Positions 26,160-38,545 of a DNA stretch of 64,000 nucleotides are shown piece after piece. Numbering within the stretch: the stretch's first letter is position 1; every line of letters starts with the position of its first letter. Origin of the DNA: Macrostomum lignano (Eukaryota); NCBI GenBank assembly GCA_002269645.1, contig NIVC01000350.1, forward strand, positions 248,001 through 312,000, read 5' to 3'. The position numbers were made by a program, and so were the translations under genes. Under the pieces are notes generated by a model. It was given only the letters and a program-made list of their open reading frames with translations. It did no database searches and was not told the DNA's origin.

Positions 26160-27539
26160 GGCTGCCAGCCTGTCTTTAAATTAAGGGTGCACAAAATAAA
26201 CTTCTATTAATTAAAAAGGATTAGGTCCAATAGGTATTTTATGAATTCTGTCAGTGTCAGCTGTTGATAAAAGTAGCTGGCTTTGTTGTCATTATCATAC
26301 CATGAAAAAACTTGATAAAACACAATTGTTATTACTAGTTCTACTCAAAAAAACTTTTAAACATCATTTAATGTATGCGTCTACGTTGCAGGTAATTAGC
26401 AGAAGTAAAAAACAAATTTATGTTTAATTTTTTTTACATAAAAATAGAAATTTTAGTTCGTTTAAAATAGAAACCAAAGCCAATAGTACGTTATAACAGA
26501 TAATAATACGCCTTCTGGACATGAATATTGAGTTCAAAATAGTTGCATATAAAATATAAGTAATAACAATTTTTCTATATAAAACGATTACGATTTTGCA
26601 AATTTGAAATTTAGTAGTAAGTTCTTGTCTAATAACTTTTGAATCGCATGAAATCAAATAAAAATCTCTACAAAAAATCTGCAGGCCCGACCTTTCAGAT
26701 TACTTTCCATGCACTTTTAGAAACAAAAAATTCCTAACAACCCTCCTAAAACTGAAATGCGAAATTACACCCAACATTTTCTCTCATGAAGCATGTAGAC
26801 TGTGTGGAGCGAGAAATGGTTCCGATATCCTACACTACTTGACCGAATGTCCACAAACTGAAAAGATCAGAAAAAAATACTTCTGTCAGTACCTCTTAAA
26901 TGACAAGCAAGTACACAAGTTAGGATATGCTACAAATGATTCAGAAAAGAGCTCACTGGTGTAGCTAAAATATATGAAGTCATGAATAGCTAAAACAGTT
27001 ATGCAAACTGAAACAGATATATCAGCAGTGTAATAAATCCGCTTTTCATTTGTTTATTCATTTACTGTCTTTTTAATTTCCTATTTAATTAGCATTTAAT
27101 TAGTATTTAATTAGTTTCCCATCTAATACCTATTTAAATCGTCGTTATTCATTATTTATCAGCATTTAATTAATATTTAATTAGTTTCCTATCTAATACC
27201 TATTTAAATCGTCGTTATTCGTTAAACGTAAAGTTCTTTCGAAGTATGTTCATGTTCGTTTTTCACGCTTTGAAATATTGCGCGCTTGCAAAATACTACA
27301 TCTTTTTACAAAAAACGCTCTTTCAAATACCTTAATAATTTTACAAATATCGTAACTCGCATCGTAACTCGTATAAAAATTTAACCTTTTGAACAAATTT
27401 AACCTTTTGAACTTAATCGTAATTAAACAACTAATGCTAAAATATCTTAAATACGCAGAAATATACTGGCCAAACAGGCTTCTTGCCTGAGCCAACTTAC
27501 TACTACTACTGCTAAATTAAATTCCAAAGAGTCATTTAA

Positions 27540-27885
27540 TTGCGTGGGTAATGGGTAGAGTTCCGTTCCGGCACCGGAACCTGTTTTCTAATGGGCATGG
27601 CTATGGGTCCGGCAGTCTTCTGCAGGCAGTTATCTACTAATGAAGTCTTTGAACATTAGAAGTATCTTGTTTTGAATCTCATCGTTTCGTTTTGATCTTA
27701 TCTTGAACAAATCCCAATATCAACCACCCGTTGCAACCAATATTCGCAATAACCAACCAAAAGTAAAATGTTTCTGCTATATTATACCCATAAATTGCAC
27801 TACTGGAATACCACTGCTGGATCCATAACCATTAGAAATGGGTTCTGGTGCCGGAACTCTAGCCATAGCCATTGTCCATTGCGTG
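27540..27885. mobile_element. Degenerate MITE-like element with ~70-bp imperfect inverted ends
   Basis: TAGAGTTCC..GGCACCGGAACC..TTTCTAATGG..TATGGGTCCGGCAGT (27558-27617) is inverted relative to ACTGCTGGATCCATAACCATTAGAAATGGGTTCTGGTGCCGGAACTCTA (27813-27861). No TSD identified. Confidence 0.55.
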
Positions 27886-28200
27886 ATCAATAAGTGATCA
27901 ATCATAGTATTCTTTCAAATTTGAAGTCATGTTAGTCATATTGAATTAATTATCGCTTTGTTTCCCTTTCCCAGCTACATAGCCCATTGGACTATGCTAT
28001 GCATAAATTTTTATTTGTTCTAGAAACCTAGGCTATTCATTGAAATTTAGACTAGGCCTATATTCTTTAGTTTAGATATTTTTTAGGAAAAAATTTGTTC
28101 TGCAAATAATGTATAAAGTATATATAATCAGATTAAGATAAGGGTAATATCAACGTAACTACTTAAGCATTAAATAGTATATTTTATTAGCGTCCCCCTA

Positions 28201-28574
28201 TTTTTTTATTAGAGGCAGGGGGTTGTGTGTAGGGGCCTACCTTGGCGCACTTTAAGCGACATAGGTACACAACTGGCAAGAGGCATTATTGCCCATTCTG
28301 CCAACTCCCCTGAGCAGGCATAGGCCTACAAGTGCGTGGATACGTATGCAGGCACACACTCACACAGGAGTGTATAGTGGCCTTAACTTTATATTATCAT
28401 TAGGCCTATACACTTCATTGAGCCTTGGGGGTTAGCTCTCAAGTCCATTAATTTGGCAAAGCCAAGCCAAGATTCCAATTTAGCCCCAAATTAATGACTG
28501 CACTTGGAATCAAGCCTGGGTCACTAGCACATCAGAGCAGTTGCGCTAGGCCTACTGCTGGGTTACAGCTTCCC
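28201..28574 (-). mobile_element. tRNA-derived SINE, copy B
   Basis: Reverse complement shares CCAAGTGCAG, GCTAAATTGGAA.CTTGGCTT, AACCCCCAAG, TACACTCCTGTGT, GCCTGCTCA, AATGGGCA.TAATGCCTCT and CCTCTAATAAAAAA with copy A, in the same order. Confidence 0.7.
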
Positions 28575-28828
28575 TTAGCGCCCCCTCCTTAAGCTCTTTT
28601 CAAAAATATTCAATTGATTTACAATATTATAATGTTTTTCTTAGTATTTTATTGATTTAAATTACTGGCCTAGCTATATTTAGCTTTATATCTATTAATA
28701 TTGTTTAAGTTATAAAAAGGTATCTAAGTACCTAATTAGGCCTATATTAAAGTTTATATTCAATAGTTAATAACATAGCATATATGACTTAAAATAATTT
28801 AGGTCCTAAAAATTTGGATTTCTAATGA

Positions 28829-29097
28829 CATACATGCACAACCCCCCTGATTTACACTGGCCATGCGACTTACTTTTTGACCAAAAATACAACTTACCTG
28901 TGAAAGAAACCCTAGAGCAACATTGATGCAATTTTGAATAAATGGCAGGAGTAACTATGACTGTCTTATAAGGGCTAAATGCCTCATCATCTAATTGGTA
29001 CTAGATCTGTATTCTTTGGGGTGGGCATTTTTGCAACTTACCCCTGGTCCACCACAATTTACGCTGGCCAGATTGGCCAGCAGTTGCGCATGTAATG
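28829..29097 (+). mobile_element. hAT-type MITE, copy 1 (diverged), with internal 28S rRNA-like segment at 28936-28999
   Basis: Ends CATACATGCACAAC / GTTGCGCATGTAATG; exact 8-bp TSD TCTAATGA at 28821-28828 and 29098-29105; homologous along its length to 47086-47382. Confidence 0.85.
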
Positions 29098-31397
29098 TCT
29101 AATGATATATCATGCCTTGATAATATAAATAAAACATAAATAAACATAAATAACAACATAAAATGCCCTAAAATGGGCTATTAATTGATTTGTCTATTGA
29201 GCAGACAAAAAGTTTTCCTTTTTAAAATCACTTGTTTACTATTCATTTGATATTGTTATTAAATTACCTTATTACCATTTACTCTTTTCTCTGCCAAATA
29301 TCATTGCACTAATAAGTATTCTACTCAAATGTCTAACCAATGATATCTGCAATTTTGAAGTAAAAAGATCATTGAAAGGGATAAGGTAAAAGTAAAAAAA
29401 AGTTTTATTATAATTTTTGCTTTACTTATTTTACAAAAAAACTTATAGCAATAGTCTAAAAACTAAAAAAATTGTTTCAAACAGAGAAGCTGTCAGATAT
29501 CTATCTTGGTTAAAGTATTTTAAAAACTTGGGATTTATAGAAATTTTGTTTACAACATTCTAACATAAAAAAGAGCTACTTATTAATTATATAACTATAA
29601 CTAATTATACAACTACTATTATATACAACTTATTAATTATACAAATAAGTATGTTATATGTTTATTACATCATTTTTGGCAATTTAGCTAAACCTAAAGC
29701 TGCTTTATTAAATGTTCTTCAAAAATATTATTTTCATTTCTTATTAATCAACAAAATAGCTCTATAAAATAAGTCTTGATTTTTTGCCCCAACTCAGTTG
29801 TCATTAGGATATGATCAAACTTGGACAAATTACCTATATTAATATTTATATCTTCAACTAGCTTAAAAATTTCAGGAGACAACAATGTCTCATGTTTAAA
29901 GCCTGTCTTAAATGCTCATTATAAGCAATTAGCATCTGAGGCCATATATTTCTATGCTTCTTGTTCAGCTTTAGATGCAGGTATTAACATTGGGCCTACT
30001 AGACAAGGCTTTTAACCTTGTTTAACTTTGTATAAGTCTTTATCTTGACTTTTTAATCATCTAGCTAGTAGTGAAGAGATTAATACTTACATCTGTAACA
30101 CTGGCATTAGCAACAGAGTTGTTGCATTTCAACACTGCTTTTTTTAATCTTGCCTCTAGGCTCTTGTTCAGCATGCTAGCAAGCCTTGCAATTTCTAGTT
30201 CTATTTCAGGGTGGTTGCAAGTGATCCAATTGACCTTACTATGTTCTTTTTTGTTTAAAATAAGCCAACCAACTAATAGTGGTACTCTATCATATTGCCA
30301 CCATATTGGATATCAATTAGTTGTAGTATACCTTGAGGTAGGGGTAGTCATTGAGACAAAAATTTATTGATCTGTGCTTTAAGAAGTTAAGCACTTTAGC
30401 TAGCAGCATTGAAATTTGCCATTGCAATTGTAAGATATTGTGTGAAGCAAAAAAGAATGGAATAGAGTTTCAAAAATGAAAAGTCATAGCAGATTTCTAG
30501 TTTAAATGAAGAGCAATAAACATAAGTACAATTAATCACTTGAGCAATGATTTTCACTTCATAGAGGGGGCAAAAAGGTTGAGTAGGGCAAGCATGTTAA
30601 ACACAAAGTTACACCCAAACATTCAGTATTGCATAACCTCAGCATGAGGATTTATCTGAGAGCTACCTTCTACAATTTTGAACTTAGACAGTGTCAGGTG
30701 ACTGTCTTGTTATTGACTTGCATTGTGCAGTTGCACAGTTGCAGCAATAGCTACGAGTATAGCTCCACTAGGAGCTTCAGCTTAGCAACAGTTTTGGCAG
30801 AGCTAATTGAACAGGGGTAGCCACATCAGCTGTCAATATTCTTTCTAGGGTTTGTTGTTGTTGCACTTGTGGTGCTGCCTTCATTTCTCATTTTTATCTA
30901 TTTTGCTATATTTGACTATAGTCTTTTTGTATAGTGAATAGATATGCCTTTAATAACCTCAACATATTTGTGTAAACATTGTCTGCTTTCAGGAGCTATA
31001 TGCTATATGTTTTTTTAGTTCTGCTATTTTTACAGGTACAAGAATGAACTGATTCCTACACATTGTCTAACTTTTCATTTTTCAAATAGTAGTGACCATT
31101 GCATTGATTCAACTTTTTGTCAGTGCAAAAAAAATCTTATAAAAATAATCATATATCCTGGCTTTGCAATTTTCAACTTCTTAATCAGTACTGTTGTTGC
31201 TTGCTTAATTGAGAATTTGTTGATATACATGAACTAGTCACTTAATGGTTGAATAGCAACAATTTTTGTAAGATTTGGTAGGATTGGAAGGCCTATTTTT
31301 TGTTAGAATCCCAGGATTTTTAGAGTCAACTGTGCCAACTGGCTTTTTCACTGCAAGTAAATATCCAATATAAATTGCAGCCTAAACTTGCAACAGC

Positions 31398-31586
31398 ATG
31401 GCCAAGTCAAAGAACCACACTAATCACAATCAGAACCGCAAGCACCATCGCAATGGTATTTACCGGCCAAAGAAGCAGCGCTACCCGTCTCTGAAAGGTG
31501 TTGATCCAAAATTTCTTCGGAATATGCGATTCGCTAAGAAGCACAACAAGTCCGGAAAGTCTGGCGCTGTTGCGGCGGCAAAATAG
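31398..31586 (+). CDS. RPL29: 60S ribosomal protein L29 (eL29), 62 aa, no intron in the CDS
   Basis: [21 protein letters not shown]...[20 protein letters not shown] is the conserved eL29 signature; acceptor-like TAAATTGCAG lies 17 nt upstream. Confidence 0.97.
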   Translation: MAKSKNHTNHNQNRKHHRNGIYRPKKQRYPSLKGVDPKFLRNMRFAKKHNKSGKSGAVAAAK

Positions 31587-31786
31587 CTTTATTTGACTTT
31601 TAACTTGACTTGGATCTTTAGCAACCCTGTCTCATTTCTAGACTTGGTTTCATAAATAGAGAGATTGGTAACATTTGCGAAAGACCAATTGAAACTGATA
31701 GCTTCTTTGTAGCTTCACATGGATCGAAAAAAACATTTTTGGTCTTTTTCTTCAAATATTTTTTCTGACATTTATTACTAACAGTA

Positions 31787-32110
31787 CGAGGGGTGTCTGG
31801 AAAGTTCTGATAACATTTAATCCCACAGCAAAACGGAAGCAACCATAAACACAGAAATTAATATAAATAGCAATGGTTTGTCCTTGTGGAAACAAACCGT
31901 TGTCTTGAATCATTCATAATGAGTCTTCTCGACATGCTTGTACACCTTGAGCATCCTTTCAATCGCATCAGAGTGGCACTGTCTTGAAAGACTATGACAG
32001 AGACTGCGCCGGACCTTTGTCCTCCAATGATCCCTGCTGACATCAACTCATCATCCGTCAAATGGCTTTTCAGCTGCGAATAAAAATAAAGAAGTTGGCT
32101 GGCGCGAGTT
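31787..32110 (-). mobile_element. Decayed mariner (Tc1/mariner) 3' end
   Basis: TA followed by CGAGGGGTGTCTGGAAAGTTC resembles mariner TIRs; minus-strand frames give LAPANF and LKSHL-TDDELMSA, similar to the LAPSDF..LK..L..F.SDDEV transposase C-terminus; frameshifted. Confidence 0.6.
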
Positions 32111-32721
32111 TTCTTAAGCATAACTTTTAAATTAAATGACCAAAACGTGCAAGAAAGTGATCGAATTTATTAGAAACTAGAAAGGTGCCAATTTAAAATG
32201 ATACCAAAGCTGTATTTGCAACTGCTTGCTCTTGGATTCAAAGTTTTATGCAGCTTTCCAACACAAGTTTGTGCAATGAAAATCACATGTGACTGCAAAA
32301 AGTATTTGTTAACATATCTAGGTACGAACGTGATTACTCGCAGATACTACTTAATATGCAGTTCATAGCCTCATAGAAGTACTCGGTACATGTTTAGCCT
32401 GAGATCTATCAGAATTGCTATAGAAGTATAAGCCTTCAAAGTAACATTAACACCGTTGATCAACAGAAGCGGTTTTTTGAGTTGCTTTGATTGATGTGTT
32501 CATAAAGCTCTGCATGAAGTTCATAGAGACTTGGAGCTTTGCTGTCATTGGCTGGACTGTCCTCGCAGAGCCCATCGGGCCAATCGCATACAATTCGCTG
32601 ACGGCTGTTTTAGCTTGTTAAATAAAATCCGATTTAGTTGTGGATTGAAGAATTTCACAACCGTTTTTCTTAGTAGCCAGACTAATACGAATCATCAGTA
32701 AAGTCTAAGTGATTGACAGTC

Positions 32722-35700
32722 ATGTTGAACCTGTTAAGCCTTCTTGTGCTGCCATTGCTGCTTCCGGCTGCTTTGGCTAGAAATTCTACAGCCGTCTCGT
32801 CTCAGTTGTCGCACGCTATTCAAAACCTGGTAGCCAGATACGATAACAGGCTGAGGCCCAACTTTGGCAGTGAGATTGGCTGACTGATATACCCTCTACC
32901 CCATACTGTATCTGGCTGTATATCCCTGTACCCTATACTGTATCTGGCTGTATATCCCTCTACCCCATACTGTATCTGGCTGTATATCCCTGTACCCTAT
33001 ACTGTATCTGGCTGTATATCCCTCTACCCCATACTGTATCTGGCTGGATATCCCTCTACCCCATACTGTATCTGGCTGTATATCCCTCTACCCCATACTG
33101 TATCTGGCTGGATATCCCTCTACCCCATACTGTATCTGGCTGTATATCCCTCTACCCCATACTGTATCTGGCTGTATATCCCTCTACCCCATACTGTATC
33201 TGGCTGTATATCCTTCTACCCCATACTGTATCTGGCTGTATATCCCTCTAACCCATACTGTATCTGGCTGGATATTCCTCTACCCCATACTGTATCTGGC
33301 TGTATATCCCTCTACCCCATACTGTATCTGGCTGTATATCCCTCTAACCCATACTGTATCTGGCTGGATATTCCTCTACCCCATACTGTATCTGGCTGTA
33401 TATCCCTGTACCCTATACTGTATCTGGCTGTATATCCCTCTACCCCATACTGTATCTGGCTGGATATCCCTCTACCCCATACTGTATCTGGCTGGATATC
33501 CCTCTACCCCATACTGTATCTGGCTGGATATCCCTCTACCCCATACTGTATCTGGCTGGATATCCCTCTACCCCATACTGTATCTGGCTGGATATCCCTC
33601 TACCCCATACTGTATCTGGCTGGATATCCCTCTACCCCATACTGTATCTGGCTGGATATCCCTCTACCCCATACTGTATCTGGCTGTATATCCTTCTACC
33701 CCATACTGTATCTGACTGTATATCCCTCTACCCCATACTGTATCTGGCTGTATATCCCTCTAACCCATACTCTATCTGACTGTATATCCCTCTACCCCAT
33801 ACTGTATCTGGCTGTATATCCCTCTAACCCATACTCTATCTGACTGATATATCCCTCTAAACCATACTGTATCTGGCTGTATATCCTTCTACCCCATACT
33901 GTATCTGACTGTATATCCCTGTACCCCATACTGTATCTGGCTGTATATCCTTCTACCCCATACTGTATCTGACTGTATATCCCTCAACCTCATACTGTAT
34001 CTGGCTGTTATATCCCTCTAACCCATACTGTATCTGGCTGTATATCCCTCAACCTCATACTGTATCTGGCTGTATATCCCTCAACCTCATACTGTATCTG
34101 GCTGTATATCCCTCAACCTCATACTGTATCTGGCTGTATATCCCTCAACCTCATACTGTATCTGGCTGTTATATCCCTCAACCTCATACTGTATCTGGCT
34201 GTTATATCCCTCTAACCCATACTGTATCTGGCTGTATATCCCTCTAACCCATACTCTATCTGACTGATATACCCTCTACCCCATACTGTATCTGGCTGGA
34301 TATCCCTCTACCCCATACTGTATCTGGCTGTATATCCCTCTAACCCATACTCTATCTGACTGATATACCCTCTACCCCATACTGTATCTGGCTGGATATC
34401 CCTCTACCCCATACTGTATCTGGCTGTATATCCCTCTAACCCATACTCTATCTGACTGATATACCCTCTACTCCATACTGTATCTGACTGTATATCCCTC
34501 GGCGTGCAAATCAATTAAGAATCGGTTTTATTTGCAAAGAAACTGCGAGCTTCGTTGGGCAATTCTCAAGTCTCAAGCGTCTTGTGTCATCAAAACCGTG
34601 AATACGCCTCAGTTCATTATGACCAAATCCAATAGAATCGATCCTTGCCGACCAGATTCTATTGTCATATAAAACTGCGGTGGGAAAAATCGACCAAACC
34701 AATTATTTCATATCACTAAACGCGTCTCTTTATTACCACACTTATCTTCTTGTGGCCAGAGAAAAAACTGCATGACGACCAGATTCCAATCTGTCAGATT
34801 GGGAAGGGAATTAGCCAGGGTGAGGAATTCTCCGATTCGAGTCCTCGACCGCGAGAAGGAAATTTCTTTACTGGAGAAACCCGGCTGTTCTTGTTCGAGT
34901 CCTGCTCGATTTGATTGCTGCACTTTTTGCTTCCCCATTCATTCGCCCTGCCATGCTGAGCAGCCCCCATTGACTCTATGCTGGCCATGCTGAGCAGTCC
35001 CCATTGACGCTATGCTGGCCATGCTGAGCAGCCCCCATTGACGCTATGCTGGCCATGCTGAACAGTCCCCATTGACGCTATGCTGGCCATGCTGAGCAGC
35101 CCCCATTGACTCTATGCTGGCCATGCTGAGCAGTCCCCATTGACGCTATGCTGGCCATGCTGAGCAGCCCCCATTGACGCTATGCTGGCCATGCTGAGCA
35201 GTCCCCATTGACGCTATGCTGGCCATGCTGAGCAGCCCCCATTGACGCTATGCTGGCCATGCTGAGCAGTCCCCATTGACGCATGCTGGCCATGCTGAGC
35301 AGCCCCCATTGACGCTATGCTGGCCATGCTGAGCAGCCCCATTGACGCTATGCTGGCCATGCTGAGCAGTCCCCATTGACTCTATGCTGGCCATGCTGAG
35401 CAGTCCCCATTGACTCTATGCTGGCCATGCTGAGCAGCCCCCATTGACTCTATGCTGGCCATGCTGAGCAGTCCCCATTGACGCATGCTGGCCATGCTGA
35501 GCAGCCCCCATTGACGCTATGCTGGCCATGCTGAGCAGCCCCCATTGACGCTATGCTGGCCATGCTGAGCAGTCCCCATTGACTCTATGCTGGCCATGCT
35601 GAGCAGTCCCCATTGACTCTATGCTGGCCATGCTGAGCAGCCCCCATTGACTCTATGCTGGCCATGCTGAGCAGTCCCCATTGACGCTATGCTGGCCATG

Positions 35701-38189
35701 CTGAGCAGTCCCCATTGACGCTATGCTGGCCATGCTGAGCAGCCCCCATTGACGCTATGCTGGCCATGCTGAGCAGTCCCCATTTACTCTATGCTGGCCA
35801 GTAGGCATCTCCTAATTCACCCTATGCTGGCCAGTAAGCAACCCTTAGGCCCCGCTAAAGGGTCTAAAGGGTGAAAAAGTCCACAGTTCAGGATTAGTGA
35901 GAGCGACTTTACCCAAGTGTCCTAAAATAATTCTTAGATAATATTAATCAACAAATGTTATTCAGTAGTAGACAAAAGACTCTCTTATATTTTTTAGTAA
36001 ACACCCTCTGCCGAAACCTAATAGATAAAATTGGTTTAATTTTTACGTCGAAATGATTCTCGAGCACCATAGCACTATATACATGTATTTGCCTGAGAGC
36101 TAAGAGTACGTACCGGTTAAATAAATTAACTCAGGCTAAACCAAAATGTATCACATTTTCTTTTTAAAAGTGACAATTAATGAAGCGAAGTTTCATAAAA
36201 ATGTGTTCTGCAACTAGCCGCAAAGCTAAATCTTTTTTTTCAACATTGACCAATCAGCTGGCGTGCTCGACATCCGCATGGAGGTGGCGATCGCCAGCTT
36301 TGACAGCATTTCCGAAGTTAATATGGTGAGCATACCTCTCGTATACATGGTGGGGCATCTTCTGCGACCTAAATCTAGCATCAGATGAATCCCCTCCAGA
36401 TACTTCAGATGAATCCCCTCCAGATACTTCAGATGAATCCCCTCCAGATACTTCAGATGAATCCCCTCCAGATACTTCAGATGAATCCCCTCCAGATACT
36501 TCAGATGAATCCCCTCCAGATACTTCAGATGAATCCCCTCAGATCCTTTAGTTGTATCCCCTTAGATCCTTCAGTAGAATCCACTCAGATCCTTCAGATA
36601 AATTACCTCAGATCCTTCAGATGAATCCCCTTCAGATACTTCAGATGGATACCCTTCAGATCCTTTAGTTGAATCCCCTTCAGACCCTTCAGATGAATCC
36701 CCTTCAGATCCTTCTGATGAATCCCCTTCAGACCCTTCAGATGAATCACCTTCATATCCTTCAAATGAATCCCCCTTCAGGTTCTTCAGATGAATCCCCT
36801 TCCAGGTTTTAAATGAAATCATTCAGGTGCTTCTGTCAAACTCCTTCATATCCTTCAGTTGAATCCTCTTCAGGTATTTCAGTAAAATTCCCTTCAGGTC
36901 CTGAATATGAACTATGTCGCATCCTTCAGTTGATCGCACTCCCCTTTCAGCTGTCTAAGGATTAAAATGAGCAACTGGGAGCGTGAAAAGAACTTTTTGA
37001 CTTTTGCAGTGTCCGATCTTAAGCATGCAGTCGATTCTTCGCTCACCAATCCTTTGGTCTTGAATTTCCCCGCTAACTAAAGCTGCCGATAGGGCCGCCC
37101 AGACAGACAAAAAATCCGCAAGCTGCCAAGTTGCGTGTCGCTCAAGCAGCTTTCAATAATCCGCCTCTCCTCTCCTCCCCGCCTAGTTCTCGCTTTACCT
37201 CCTCTCTCTCTTATCCAGAGCAGTTTTGCAGTTGCTAAGAAGAGGGATTAAGCCCTTGATTTCTCTTTGCTCCCCCACTCTCGCCCTACAGCAGTCTCTT
37301 TGCTCTCTCGACATTGAAGCCAGCATGGTAACTTTGTAAACTCTGTAAGCAAATCACAGATCTGTATATGGCTATACTTGGTGCCAGTTAATTTTTTGTT
37401 CAAGATAGTCTGGAGAAGACAATTTTGCATATTAGCTATTGAAATTGGATAAACAAAAACTAATAGCTGCAGGGAGGGCCTGTGGGCACCCTGGCGCTGA
37501 CGGAAATTCCGCCCATTTCGCTGACCCCTGAGCACATGCAGGAGCGCCAATACTGAACGCAGCCACGCACTCACACACACGCTCACACGGGGTGTACAGC
37601 AGCCCTGGCTTTCCAATCGTCAGGCATGTACACTCTGTGTCTGGGATCTGTGGCGCGAGAGTCAGACGCTCAGAGTACTGCACAGCTGCTCCGCCACCGC
37701 CAACTAAAAATTTAGCCGACCAAAAATAAATCTGCTGATATCGAATTTTTGTCCCTTGAGAGAGGGTCCTCGGACCCTGCCATGGTCCATTGCGAGTCGA
37801 AGAACAGAAACTTTTCTCCGAAGGGACGGAGAACCTTTCAGGCCAGCAAAATTTTCCTCTGTCATCAATATTTCTAGTTTTCGTCTAGTTTAGGTCTCTG
37901 TTGATTCTGTTGAACTGAGTCGCACTGCAGCTCTCTGCACTATCCCGGACCTTCAGGACTACACCATAACGATGTACCTCAACCAGTACTGGACTGATCA
38001 TCGGCTAGCATTCGACTTGGCCAGTCCGAACAGGTCCATGACCCTCACTGGCCACTTCGCCAGCCGTATCTGGGTGCCGGACACGTTCTTAGCCAACGAC
38101 AAGCACTCCTACCTGCACGATGTCACTGAGCAGAACAAGATGGTGCGCCTGTACGGAGATGGCAGGATCGTCTATGGGATGAGGTGCGT

Positions 38190-38228
<39 letters not shown>

Positions 38229-38229
38229 G

Positions 38230-38316
<87 letters not shown>

Positions 38317-38339
38317 TGACAGACAGACAGACAGACAAG

Positions 38340-38399
<60 letters not shown>

Positions 38400-38447
38400 T
38401 AGGCAGACAGACAGACAGACAAACAGACAGACACTAAGACAGACAGG

Positions 38448-38489
<42 letters not shown>

Positions 38490-38492
38490 CTA

Positions 38493-38545
<53 letters not shown>

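Noticed and set aside
29800-30370. Possible decayed retroelement coding sequence (also 16770-16960 and 42850-43140)
   Set aside because: Multiple stops and no motif I can recognise with confidence; needs TBLASTX against Repbase.
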